A DNA stretch of 64,000 bases from assembly GCA_003427395.1 (NCBI GenBank), contig BFEA01000018.1:3239461-3303460 (forward strand). The letters are read 5' to 3'. The notes beneath the pieces were generated by a model. It searched no databases. It was not told the DNA's origin and worked only from the letters and a program-made list of their open reading frames with translations. The translations under genes were made by a program, and so were the position numbers. The stretch is from Chara braunii (taxonomy: Eukaryota; Plantae; Charophyceae). Of the stretch, positions 34,670 to 48,072 are shown one piece after another (position 1 is the first letter of the stretch; every line of letters starts with the position of its first letter).

Positions 34670-37600
34670 ATGGGAGCAAGTCAAGGTCAAATCCCTGTAT
34701 TGGACATGAATCCAGCGATGGAGGCCACGACCTCATATTTAAGGAACTTGCCGCCTCACCCGTTCACCTTGCCTTGGTTTGGTGCAGCGCTATCTAATTA
34801 TCATTTCGACATAAACCCATCCATGGGGAACCTGCACGCATTTAACGTATGGGTCCCGACGTGAATCCCTCAAGGTTATGCCGGAGGAGACCTCATGGCA
34901 AAGCAATCGGGCCAGTCACCGTGGGGTGCTTCGATTTCGCCTCCTGTAGGTAGCCGCCACGAGGCGAATCACAGGGTAAGCAACGTAGGATAAGTGAAGG
35001 AGGTGTTGGCATCCGGGCCGATCTCCAAAATGAAGATTCTGGCAGCTCCAATGGATCTCTAACCCGGTCATCGGTGGCGGGTAAGAGTAAACCATCTTAC
35101 TCCCGTATGAAAGACTTATTCAAAGGGGGGTCGGTATTGGAATCAAGGTTCCTACTTGTTATATGTGCTGTTGTGAAAGATTCTCTTTGGATTGTATTTT
35201 GGATTGGATTAAATGGATTACTCCTGTTCGTTAACTCTGTATGTCCAGAATCTGCTATACCTCACGCAACAGAAACAACCGCTCGAATGTTGTTTCATGG
35301 CAAATTTGCCCTCCAGATTATTTAAACATCGATGCCTAGGTTTCTTGTGGACATTGTACGACATTGTTCAATGCTCATTTCCTACTAGGGCAACTAGAAC
35401 AATTGGACCAAGAAGGTCTCCGACTGGTTTCGTTGACCTAGTTGATGGAAGGAAAGAAACTTGACTTACGTCGGATCAAGGTTTCTTCTACTATCACAAT
35501 GGATCTTTTTTCGAATTTAAACAAGAAACTTGGTAAAGATAAGAAGTTGGGGTCCCCTTTTTTTATTGGTATAGATAATAAGTTGGACTCCCCCTTTTTT
35601 AGACGTGTCTTGACATAAGTTTGGCCATTGCCATCTGCTTCCGATGCTCTCGGACCCAATCTGCTGGAGTTGTTGCCCTTATTGGGCAAGCTTAGAATAA
35701 CTACATAGAATGTTTATGGGCTAGGGGACTCATTTGGGAGGAATAAGAAAGGTCGCCTTAAGAGTTGGGTGCACGAACTTGTAATCGATATTTTATGCAT
35801 ACAGGAAAGCAAACTGTCGGAAACCAAAGTTGTTGAGTTGGGCTTATGGTGGGACGACCCACAAATTTGGTCACCGACCAGAGGCTCAAGGGGAGGGGTG
35901 ACAATTTTGATTCATAGGAATTTGAATGCGGAGATTATTGATTGCTACGTTGATTCATGGGGAAGATGGGCTTGGGTCAAACTTTGGATTGAGGGTCAGG
36001 AATGGGTTATAACTTCGATCTACTCCCATACATACATGGCTGAACGATCGTTTTTTTTTTAAGATCTTTCTCTATTTGTATCAGATTGCGACTACCTTGT
36101 AATGGTCGGCGATTGAAACATTGTGTTAGACAAACAAGTGGGAGTACATGACGGCTGAGATGTAATTGCGCTGACCAACTTAATGTTCGATCTTGATTTG
36201 ATTGAACCCTATCCTCTCCTCGATCTGGGTAAACCAAGTTATACCTGGTTTTCGAATGAGAGAGAAGGCGTAGGTAACTATCTGTAGGAGACTGGAATTT
36301 TTCTTACTCTCGCCTTCGGTTTGGCACGCCACCATGCAAATTGATGAAGTATTAAATCCCATCGCATATCATGAGCCCGTTGTCGCTGCCTTTAATTCTC
36401 AAAAGTTTGTAAAATGGTCTCAATATTTTAGGGTAAATATCCAGATCATGCAAAACCCTAGAATTGAGGATTGGATGAAGTGATTATGGATTGATTGGGA
36501 ACGCAATGCAGATTCTTTTGGGTCCAAGGATGCATGGTGGGATATAGGTGTTCAGATCTTTTCTAAACACCTTAGCATTTTTTTTTTATCCTGGCCGCCA
36601 AGCGAAATGACAAAGAGCAAAGTTTAATCCGCAAAATAGAATCTGCAGAGTCTTAGATGAACCTTCACCCAATCTCCATTTTGGTTTGGAGCTCCATTTG
36701 AAGGAAATATTTTGTTGAGTGGGATGCATATGAGCAGGAGCAGTCAGAGATCTAGACCGAACGTTTGAAGGTAAAGGGCATTGCAGTCTATGATTGCATG
36801 AACCGTGAGACTTTCCAACAACTTTCACCAAAATATCTCACTGATTCAATATGTGAATTAACACATCCCTTCGACCATGAGTTACCAATTGCTCGGGAAT
36901 AATCTCAATTGTGCACCTATGATGATATGTGCTACCAAGACATCATCATCTCTAGGAGATCGAACGAAAACATCATCATAGATATTTCGGAAGGTTTCAG
37001 TCATTGAGACCATTTTACAGCGAGAATCTCCCCTCAGGGAAAATTGGACATAGATTGGCCAGTTACCGCAGAGGAGGTATGGAAAACCTTGAGCTCCATA
37101 GCAAAGGGTACGGCCCCAGGAGACGACGGTTTACTAGTGGAAGTATATTCACTCATTTGGGATACCATCAAAGAACCGTTAGTTGAGATCTATAATTAAG
37201 TGTTGTTGGGGGGTAATCTATCAGTGGGTATGAGGAATGGAATTATTTTTCTGCTGTACAAAAAGGTCATAGATCGAAGATTAGGAATTGGTGTCCTATC
37301 TTCATTTTCGATGTATCACACGAGTTGTTGGCTAAGATCTTAGCTAGGCGGTTGGGTAAATATCTGTCGTCTCTAGTTTGCAATGACCAAGCGACCTTTG
37401 TACAAGGCCAATCTATTTTTGATAATGTCGCCATTGTCATTGAGACCCTCGAAGTGATTGAAAATTGGTTGGCCAACGTCTCAGTTTTAATGCTTGATTT
37501 GGAAAAGTCATACGACCGAGTTAATTGGACATATGTGTTAACTATACCGAGGCATGTGAGGTTCGGTGAAAACTTGTGCAACTGGGTCGTGACACTGTAC

Positions 37601-39866
37601 TCACTGTCGACAACTTTTGTGATGGTAAACGACAACATCTCATAAACGCTCCCTCTGACTAAATCATGACGACATGGGTGTCTCATGATCCCTTTCCTTT
37701 TTGTTATTCAGATGGAGAACCTCCTTTGCATTGTAAGATTCAACCAGTGGATCGTTGGTATCAAGGTCGGTCTTTCCCAGGGCAAAGTCAAAGCACTGGC
37801 GGACGACCTTTTTGCTGTCTTTGAAATTCAACACCCTCGGTGAATGCCTTGAAAGCCTGGCTAGACGATTACTCTGACCTCTCTGAGGCATCAGTGAGTT
37901 GGGCGAAATTTGTATTTTTTCTTCATAGCATGCATGAGCTAATCTCAAATTGGGGAATGAAAAGGATTGTAGCAGAAAATTCGGAACACTTCCTACGCGT
38001 CCAATTGTTACTCTCATGCACCGTGGATAAGGAGGGTATTCTGTTGCAACGATGATCTTTGCAATGGGCAGCAACATATGGAAAAGCTACACACCTTTCT
38101 TTGTATGGAAGGGTATTAGTAATCAATAGTAATCTATTGTCCCTTCTTTGGTTCGTAGCGGCGGTCATACCACTGGGCAAACACCTTTGTTCCTTGAGTA
38201 TGAGGAGGGCAACGTGGTTTATATAAAAGTCATATGCATCAGATGATGAAGGTTTTCTGTCGAAAGTGGTTTGGGATCTCCTCTGCTTTTCAAAAGAGGA
38301 AGGTGGTCTTGGCCTTATTTATCCACGAAGGAAAAGCACTGCAATGTTTGTTCGGTGGGTGATTAGGGCTATGCGTATACATGAAGAAGCCTGAATTGCC
38401 TTAGCATAAAAGATTTTGGCCACCGAGTGGAACTTAGCTTGGCCTCCTGACGTAAGGACTGGTTTTCTACTCAACTCCTTTCAAAATCGTCAGATTAAGT
38501 CTGAATTTTGAAGAGCAGTTATGTTCACTTGGAAACAGTTAAACCGAATGTTTGGCGTCAACCATCCACGAGGGCTGATATTATGATGCAACCACTATTT
38601 AAAAATCCTCATAGTAGGAAGTCTGACGGTAATTGGTTCCCTGCGGGCTTCTCGCGCAATGGCTTTGGGAAGAGTTGGATAGAGAGGGTTATCTTAAGGA
38701 TTGAGGATATTTGGAACCACTTGGAGGTCCATTGAATTTCTATAAGAGCTTTGAGAGTATTTCTCTCTTCCAGCGGACACCTCCCTCACCTTTCCGAAAT
38801 TAATCGGTACAGAACAATCCAGGAAAATGAATTTTCAATGTTGGGAAGGATCCAGGTCAGCAAAGCCTTTTCAATTGGTTCAGATGGATGATTCATTGCA
38901 CCCCCCTTGCTAGCTAGCCTAGCTCAGGTACGGGCTTGGGAAGTTTGCGACAAGGAAGGAAACTGATCATGCAAAGTCTTCGCATACGGTGTCGCTGTAA
39001 ATAACTGAAACTAGACCCGAAATTGTGGGGATGGAGATGAGAAGGTTCAGGTGGTGAGGATCTACCTCTCATCTGTTATACTGTGCCACATGGATATGTA
39101 TCTCATACTTCTGCCCGTTTCGCAATAGAGGTAGTTGTTTCCAAATGGAGCCAAGTCCTGGACCGTGAAAGACAAAGTGTGAAGAAAGTTATTTCTAAAT
39201 GTTGGCAACAATTGTCGCTGACACCAAGTTTCAGATTGGCTACTCTCTTTGTTAGCCACATCGTCAGCAGTAAACTTTGTTTAGAGAGGGCTCAAGATTG
39301 AGTTGACTTATAAACGGTGTAGCTAGGTCTTTGAGTCAATGACAAACATGTGGTTTGATTGTCCATCCTCTGGCTGCATTTGGAAGTGGTGGTGTATATT
39401 TTGGGATGATATCACTGGTCAAACCCTAATCTGGGACAGGGAATGGGTTATCTTAGATAACTTGGAACCCAAGAAGGGTTGGGGATATGTTGCTCAGACA
39501 GCTAGGGTTGTGGGTTGTGAGATAGTTTGGAAAGAAAGGAACCTGCAAGCATTTGAAGGATCTGGCAAAATGGTTTTGGGCTTAGTAGGAGTTGAGTACA
39601 AACCTGGTTGCTCGGCTCCCTTTTCGAATGAGGAAGGCAGCGGGATTGGGGGAAGGAGAGAGCGGAATCAAACTCGACCTGTCATATTAGGTAGTTCAAA
39701 AAAAGTAGTTAGGTTGGTTTAAACCACTAGTACCTCCGAGGCTCCGAGCTTGTTTTTGTCGAGCCTGATTTTCACTGCGCTCCAAGTTTGTCGAGCCTGG
39801 GTCCCACTCCATTTCTTTATGGCACTCTCACGGGAAGAACAAAAAAAAAATAAAAATAAAAAAAAT
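34670..39866 (+). mobile_element. Decayed L1-clade LINE: ORF1 tail, then ORF2 with AP endonuclease, reverse transcriptase and zf-RVT, ending in an A-rich tail
   Basis: APE motifs LRITT*NVYGL (~35690), DILCIQESKL, GSRGGVTILI and DSWGRW. RT motifs LAKILARRL..QATFVQGQSIFDN..LDLEKSYDRVNW and ALADDL (~37795). C-terminal ESMTNMWFDCP. A-rich tail at 39841-39865. Many stops and frameshifts. Confidence 0.9.
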
Positions 39867-40043
39867 TGCAGCCGTGAAACTCACAACAGCAGAAAACGAA
39901 ACAAAACTCTGGTTGTGATTGCAGCTATGTACATGCTTGGAAGTGGTAGTGTGAGTGTGCCCTCAGTGAGGGCATCTCAACCCCATGGCCAGGTTGTCAG
40001 ATTCTAAAAATTGGAAAAAAAAAAAAAAAAAAAAAAAAAANNN

Positions 40044-40278
40044 AAACACAAATTCGACTGTGAAAATGGCAAGTTACATTCCCCTAAGTGCCAGTGTGAT
40101 CAGGTTTGCAATCCTCTAAGGAAACACAGCTCGAGCAAATCACAGATTCAGATTGTTAGATGCCAGAAAAAAAAAACAAGGAAAAAAAAACGGAAACACA
40201 AATTCGGCCTTGAAAATGGTTGGATTCATCAGGGTTACAATCCTCTGAGGAAACACAGCTAGAGTAGTTCACGGATTC
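40044..40278. repeat. Diverged direct repeat pair (~90-105 bp units)
   Basis: aaacacaaattcg..tgaaaatgg..atcagg..caatcctct(a/g)aggaaacacagct..cac(a/g)gattc at 40044-40150 and 40194-40278. Confidence 0.75.
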
Positions 40279-43200
40279 CGCCCTGCCTCGTTGGCAAGGG
40301 ACTCATAACAAACTAACGAGGAAAAAAAAAAAAAAAACAGCAAGTTTTTAAGAATGCGACCATCTTTGTTGTAAAATGCATTCAAGACTGTGAGCACGGC
40401 CTCCTAGACTACTCTGCCCGACATCATTGCAATAAAAAAAAAAAAAATTCCCCTTTTCCTCTCGTGCACGGGCAAAAAAAAACTACGATTTTTGGGACCT
40501 TGCCGACCTTGCTGGGATCCCGGTTTCTTAGGGGACAGACCAGTTCATCGTATTTTCCCAACACTGGCGGAGGTGCCAGTGGTTTAATGCTAGGCTAGAT
40601 TTGAATTCGAATACTCTATTTCCAGGTTGTGAGTTTTTTGGGGAATGTGGCTATATTTTGTTTGGTGGCATTGTTGGTCTATGGCATTTTTTTTTACAGG
40701 GGCTGGGATTTCATATCAGTTGCCTAGAGTTGGCACACTCTGTACCTAGATATTTATCGACCTCGAGGCTGTTGTCTCTTCCGTTAGCAAGGAGATTAGT
40801 TATGAACTGTGCTCGTAAGCTAAACTGGCTGATGTTGCCAGGATAACTCTGGGTTAAATGTGAGGTCCCCGACCTTTATTTAACCTACTATAATGAATTT
40901 TGTTCGGAAAAAGTAACTAAAGGCAACCCTAACGGGCTGCAAACTTTGAGGGGTATAGTGCGAATTTTATCTTTTGTATTCGGTGGGGAAAAAAAACAAA
41001 AACAAAAGGTTTGTGTGACGGGGGGGGGGGGGGGGGGGGGGAGGAGGGGGAGCGAAAAACTCCATTAAAAAATTGGACCTCGAGGCAATTCCTCACAAAC
41101 AACCTGGAACGACATAGTCCAAACTGAGACCTTGCCCAGAGACACAGAGGTGGGGAACAAGCCCCAACAATACAACGATCGAAGGCCGGACCAATACCAC
41201 AAAGGTTCAGTCCTAACCCGATGTTACCCATTCCCGAATGCGAAGCTACCCTCCATCCCCCAACTTATCAATTCCCCTAACTAACATTCCACTATTTTAC
41301 TACAGTTATCTTTAACGATCTATGTGCGATTTTTCAGGCCTGGTGGAACTTTTACGTGGACATTCAGGGTAGCGGTCTCTTATTGGTCACTTCTGCCTGT
41401 AGACTTCATCCTAAAGCCCACACCTAAGTTGGGTAATAGTCCCAGTACATTGTTCTCCGGGTGGTTCGCTGAGGAATTTTTGGCCTCTCCCTCTGTTGCG
41501 ACCGGTTTGACTTCATCCCAAGCCCCACATCTAAAAGGTTGATCCGACTAGTTGTAGTGAGGTAGCTTTTGGTGTTTTGCGGGGATCCCACATGGTTCCG
41601 CAATTGACGATAGAAAAAAAAAAGTTGACTGTTTCTTCTTTTTGCCCCTTGTGTGTCTATATCACCACGTGTGCAGCCGCTTCCACTGACCGGTTCTGCA
41701 ACCAGTACCCCTCACCCTGAAAGTCAATCGTTTTGATTTTTTTTTGTTTATTTTTCCTGGCAGCCTGCTATTGGTTCTTGGCGTTGTGGTGCAGCCCGTT
41801 TTGTGGAAAAAGTCCCCCAAATAGCGGGCCTGTGGGTTCGAAATTTGCTTTTGCATCTCGTTCGCAACATGCCCCTGTAACAAGGGACTTTTTCTTTTTT
41901 TTTTACAAGTGCTCTGTCGGATCAGGTACTAAGGGTCGGACTCCTCTATCGTGCGCACAACATTCTTACGATGATTTTTTAGTCTCCACATTCTTCCGCG
42001 GTAAGGGTTTGATCCCACCACTACACTACAACCTAATTACAATGTAGTTTTGATATCCTACCACTTTCCGACGTCGTCGTGGTCGCCGAAATATTTTGCC
42101 TTACTTTAGTTTGGGTGTGGTGTGGCAGCACGTCCGCTAAGGGGGCAAACGTAATTACTACAACTTTTTTGCAGACCGTGAGGGCTTCAGAGCGGTGAAA
42201 AAGAGAGCAATGTTTTATTTTATTTTTTCTCGTCTATCCGTTTGCAACATTAGGAATGTCTGTGGACCACAATGTTGTGTGGCATTTCGGTTGGCGGAGT
42301 TCGTGAGGCCTATTCTGTTGTAGAGTCGCGGTCGATCAGCGATGAGGAAATGCAACGGTCCGCCTCTGTAACAACCCATAAAGAACCACCACGAGTCCAG
42401 GAAAACCACCGAAGAAGTCGCCGTTGTGGGATCCATTTTTTTTTTGTGCCCCGATACAGCCGCTAACATCTTCGTAGTGCTTTTTCACGTCTACATTCGT
42501 AGTGTATTGGTGGGATCAGGCACTAAGTGGGCAAAGTTTTGAGAAACTACTTGACAAATGTTTTCACTCAGTTCTGCACACCAGTTTTCGTGTGCAATGA
42601 CCATCCTGAGGGGGTAGGGGGGGGGCATCTGTTCCCGTTTGACCATTTCGTGCGACAAGGAGACCCAGGTATTGGATGGGGGCTTGTGAATAGGGAAAGC
42701 TTTCCCTGTCGGGTAACCTGGCGAGACAAACCTGCCAGAAAATTTTGTTGCGGTGGGGGCTATTTTTCTTTCTCCCACCGAGGTGGGCTACGATTTCGGA
42801 TATTTTCCAAGCGCACGGCAGTTGCCATGCAGTGGAGTCCCCGACCGTAAGTTGGGTGATGGTCCCAATACATGTTTTTCGTGTTGTTTGCTGAAGAAAA
42901 CTTGACCTCCGTCGTTTTGGGGGGCGGTAATAAAATGAGCAAAGTCTTTTTGTTCGCAGCCAAAGGTTGCGTCTTACCCCGTTGCACTTTGTCGTGTAAT
43001 GGGGCTTTTTTTTTTAGGAATGTCGACGACCATATACAAGGTTTATGGGGCGTCAACAAGGTGCGCGGTCGGGGGCAGGGCACAGACAGATAGGCCAAAC
43101 GGTCGGTGCAAAGGTTGGAGCAAGGGTGACCAACAGTAGGTGGCAATAGGTCGCTCTTTGGTGGCGGCGGACGTCGCACGACCTTTCTTTTCGAGGTTGG

Positions 43201-43514
43201 TCGACCTTCGTTTTGGAAATGGACGTTTTTTTGGGGGGAGTTGTTTTGGGGCGGGTGGGTTTTTGGTGGGATGGGATGTGTGGCATTTTGGTGGGAAATC
43301 GCGTTTGCTGGGCAGTTCGAATCGAAATTGCGTCGGGGTTGCTCAATTCAATTTCCCAAATTTTTTTTTTGGCCGAGACGAAAATTTTATCAAATGCTCC
43401 ACGGCATGTGTCTGCACGACACTTATGACCTCCCGACAAAATGACCACCACCAACTGACAAGGCCTACTATGTCTCAACGCAATCCTTGCTACTGCTTAC
43501 AACGTCCAACATTG

Positions 43515-43577
43515 TCTACCGAGTGGGCACGGGGAACACAACCCTAAGGTAGCCAAATCAATGAGACTAAGAGCTCA

Positions 43578-43636
<59 letters not shown>

Positions 43637-44648
43637 CTACCAGAGAGAGAGAGAGAGAGAGAAAGAGTTTTGTTCCATTTTTTTTGATACGTGTGAGAGA
43701 GAGAGAAAGAAAGAGAGATAGAGAGAGGGAGGCGGGGGGCCTACCANNNNNNNNNNNNNNNNNNNNNNNNNNNNNNNNNNNNNNNNNNNNNNNNNNNNNN
43801 NNNNNNNNNNNNNNNNNNNNNNNNNNNNNNNNNNNNNNNNNNNNNNNNNNNNNNNNNNNNNNNNNNNNNNNNNNNNNNNNNNNNNNNNNNNNNNNNNNNN
43901 NNNNNNNNNNNNNNNNNNNNNNNNNNNNNNNNNNNNNNNNNNNNNNNNNNNNNNNNNNNNNNNNNNNNNNNNNNNNNNNNNNNNNNNNNNNNNNNNNNNN
44001 NNNNNNNNNNNNNNNNNNNNNNNNNNNNNNNNNNNNNNNNNNNNNNNNNNNNNNNNNNNNNNNNNNNNNNNNNNNNNNNNNNNNNNNNNNNNNNNNNNNN
44101 NNNNNNNNNNNNNNNNNNNNNNNNNNNNNNNNNNNNNNNNNNNNNNNNNNNNNNNNNNNNNNNNNNNNNNNNNNNNNNNNNNNNNNNNNNNNNNNNNNNN
44201 NNNNNNNNNNNNNNNNNNNNNNNNNNNNNNNNNNNNTGAGGGCCCTTTTGCATTTCACATGCCCTCACTTTGTTTTGGGGTCCGCTTCCACCTGTGGACC
44301 CGTCCAACGCCCCCCACTTCTTTTTGGGGTCCACTTCCACCCGAGGACCGATCCTTCCTTTTTCCAAAAGTTTCGGTTCTACCAGAGCTAGCTGTAGGTA
44401 GTCCTCGATTTTGACAAGGACTGGTTCCCCAAATTTTTTTGCCCCCAAAGAACCCTTTTTGCGTGCTGGTTGCCCGTCGCCAAAAATGTGACACTTTGAC
44501 ACAGACGTCGAACCCTAGTAAACCGCAGCCTTTGGTCTGTGAATATTTGCCCTCATGACGTGCCCTCGACCCTTTGCCCTTATTGTCTACCGCATGGACG
44601 CGGGGAATGCAGCCCTAAGGTAGCCAAATCAATGAGACTAAGAGCTCG

Positions 44649-44713
<65 letters not shown>

Positions 44714-45556
44714 CACAAAACTAAAATATGGATCAAATTGCGACCGCGATCTATTTCGTAGTTGGAATGATTTTTTTAAATTTATTTAGCGTTTTTCCTG
44801 GAAAGATCACAACAAAATGTACGAGTACTCCAATTTTCAGGTTTTCGCACACATTTTTCTGAAAGTGAAAACTCACCAAATTGCGAATACTTTTTAAGTT
44901 GGCCCACACATAGCTGAGTGGCAAAAATGGAAAATGTGCCGAATTGGCACGACGATTATTTATCGGTCTAAATGTTTTTTTTTTTAATGTTTTAATATTT
45001 TTCCTTGAAAGAGCACGACCTCATCTATGGATTCTCAAAATTTTAGATTTTTCTGCGGGTTCCTCCGAGCAAAGAAAATCACCAAAGGTGGCTTTTGCAA
45101 AACTCCTGTTTCGTTGTGCGTGATCTCCCTGTTTTGAGAAGTCGGTCCTCAACGCCTGGGCCTGAGGGCCCTTTTGCAGTTCACACGATCTCACTGTGTT
45201 CGCAGCCCGTCAGGGTTGCGTTTTCCCCCCCGGAGACATTTTTCGTCGTCGTTCATTATACCGGTCGTTCATTTGGGCCCACTGGTCGTTCAAAGGCTGG
45301 TAAAATGAACGGCACTGGCATTTGGGGGGGGGTGGCAGTTCAAGCAAATCCAGGACCGGTAGCTGTCCGTGGCGTTTTCCTAGGAACCCCGCAGTCCAAA
45401 AAAAATTGAAACGGTGTGCGGGCCGCAGGGCCTTGAAATTCGAATCTGAAACGGTGGGCCCAGGCATGAAACGGCGTGCGGGCCGCAGGGCCTTGAAATT
45501 CGAATCTGAAACGGTGTGGACCCCGATTATTTGCGTGCCATCTGGATTTGTTCCGC

Positions 45557-45614
<58 letters not shown>

Positions 45615-46536
45615 ATCAAGCATATTCGCAGCCCTTAGGCTGCGATATAGTGGGCTTCCGTGTCTGTGTCAAGGTGTCACATTTTTGGCGGCGGGCGACC
45701 AGGACGCAAAGTGGGTTCTTGGGGGGCAAAAAATTTTGGGGGACCGGTCCTTGGCAAATCTGCGGACTACCTACAACTAGCTCTGCTAGATCCGGGACTT
45801 TTGGAAAAATGAAGGACCGGTCCTCGGGTGGAAGTGGACCCCAAAAAGAAGTGGGGGGCGTGGACCGGACCCCGGGTAGAAGCGGACCCCAAAAAGAAGT
45901 GAGGGCATGTGAACTGCAAAAGGGCCCTCAGGCCCAGGCATTGAGCCCCCTCTTCTCAAAACAGGGAGGTCAGGCACAACGAAATAGGCGTTTTGCAAGA
46001 GGCAACTTCGGCGATTTTCTGTGCTTGAACAAACATGCACAAAAATCTGAAATTTTGAGAATCCATAGATGAGGTCGTGTTCTTTCCATAAATAATAATA
46101 GAACATTTTAAAAAATCATTTACACTGCGAAATAATCGTCGCACCGATTCGGCACATTTTCCATTTTTGCCACTCAGCCATGCCTGGGCCAATAAATTAA
46201 AAAAAATCATTCCAATTGCAAAATAGATCGCGGCCGGAAATTGACCCATATTTAATTTTGCCATTCTCTCTCTCTCTCTCTCGCACGCACGCGCGCGTGC
46301 GCGTGCGTATCCCCAAACGGAACAAAACTCTCTCTCTCTCTCTCTCTCTAGAGTAGTCCCCGCCCTCCCCCCTCTCTCTCTCTCTAGAGTAGTCCCCGGC
46401 CCCCCCCTCTCTCTCTCTCTGTGGTTGGCCCCCCCCTCTCTCTCTCTCTCTGGTAGCCCCGCCCTCCCTCTCTCTCTATTTCTTTCTCTCTCTCACACTC
46501 ATAACAATAAATGGAACAAAACTCTCTCTTTCTCTC

Positions 46537-46577
<41 letters not shown>

Positions 46578-46915
46578 TTAGCTCTTAGTCTCATTGATTT
46601 GGCTACCTTAGGGCTGCGTTCCCCTCGCCCATGCGGTAGACAATACAAACTACGGGCTGTGCACCCGTTCCCTCACGGTAAGTCAATTTTGGGTCCGGTT
46701 CCACCAGTGGACCCGTCCAACGCCCCCCACTTCTTTTTGGGGTCCACTTCCACCCGAGGACCGGTCCTTCCTTTTTCCAAAAGTCCCGGTTCTACCAGAG
46801 CTAGCTGTAGGTAGTCCGCAATTTTGGCAAGGACCGGTTCCCCAAATTCTTTTGTCCCCTAAGAACCCACTTTGCGTCCTGGTCGCCCGCCGCCAAAAAT
46901 GCGACACCTTGACAG
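43515..46915. repeat. Complex nested inverted/direct repeat (foldback-like) region
   Basis: Block A (44236-44507) recurs inverted at 45662-45930 and direct at 46690-46915. Block B (44725-45190) recurs inverted at 45910-46260. Block X (43515-43745; also 44582-44710) recurs inverted at 46420-46645. There is a 60-bp tandem at 45407-45517 and several (AG)n/(CT)n tracts. Confidence 0.85.
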
Positions 46916-48072
46916 GCTGCGAATTTCTTGCAGGCTGCACCATCTCGCCTTCCCCTTGCTCCCGACTGGCTGCGCTCCCGCGTCGGCACACAGTCAAAGA
47001 AAAGTGGAAAAACGAGGGACCTCACAGGACGGTGATGGCTCAAGGCCGTCGCCATTTATCTTTTTTTGCCCTGTTGACGTGGCCTGAAGAGGACGAGGAG
47101 CCTCCCGTACGATAGGTAGGCGATCTAATGGTAAGCGCTCGTGTTCGTGGGACCAGGCGAAAACGGATCCTGGCGGGACTTTCCCCGTGCTGCAGTCCCC
47201 GATGGGCGGGTTATACGTGACCTGAAGAGCATTTGCGGCCGGCTGTAAGATTCTCTCGATCGTGCGGTGGAGTGCTGATGTTGTTCAGGTTACGTAGAGT
47301 CCGTAGTCCTTGCTCGACTTCCATCCGGGACCCGCAGATTCCTCCCGCCCGCGGCTGCGTCGTGCGGAAGAGTCGGAGGAGGTGGAGACGTCTTTGGGTT
47401 GACGAGGCGGGTTTGTCTGACCGTGCCACCACCGAAATCCACGCGTGGAATGCGCGGGAAGAGGGTACTGTGATGATTGATTATGCACTGAGTCGCGATT
47501 TGTTGGTAGTGATACATGGCGCTTTCGGTAGTAGACGTATAATCGGAGGACAGAGTGGCCCGCCAGATGCTGATGACGCTGATGACGTGTCTGGCAGTCG
47601 AGTTGGGAAAGGAACACATTAGTGAAGAGGCGGCGAGCGAGAGGATCGAGAGGTGGGTAGCAGCAGTGGGGATGCATGGACAGGGTCAAGTTGTTGAGGG
47701 AGCGCCGGGGATACAAGGAGGGAAGGGAAGCTAATACACTAGTGGAGAGGAAGGGAGGTTGTCGAAGCGGGTTGAAGGAGGAAGTTGGACAGAGAGAGCG
47801 TGTTTTTGTGTGCGGCCACACGTAAGAAAGAAAAAGAGGGCTGAAGAGCAGGGTATTTGTTTGTGTGCGAAAGAGGGAGTTGGGGAAGGAACGACGAGAG
47901 AAAAGGGGGTGTGAGGAGGCGGAGAGGAGAGGCGTGTGAGAATGCGTGCGAGCNNNNNNNNNNNNNNNNNNNNNNNNNNNNNNNNNNNNNNNNNNNNNNA
48001 GAGACAGGGGGGAGGGGGCAAAGAGAAAGGTGAGAAAACGTGGTGGGGTGAAGACCCTCACAAGCCACCACT

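Noticed and set aside
40560-43500. Possible decayed transposase or Helitron coding region
   Set aside because: No diagnostic motif could be read in any frame, so it is left unannotated.
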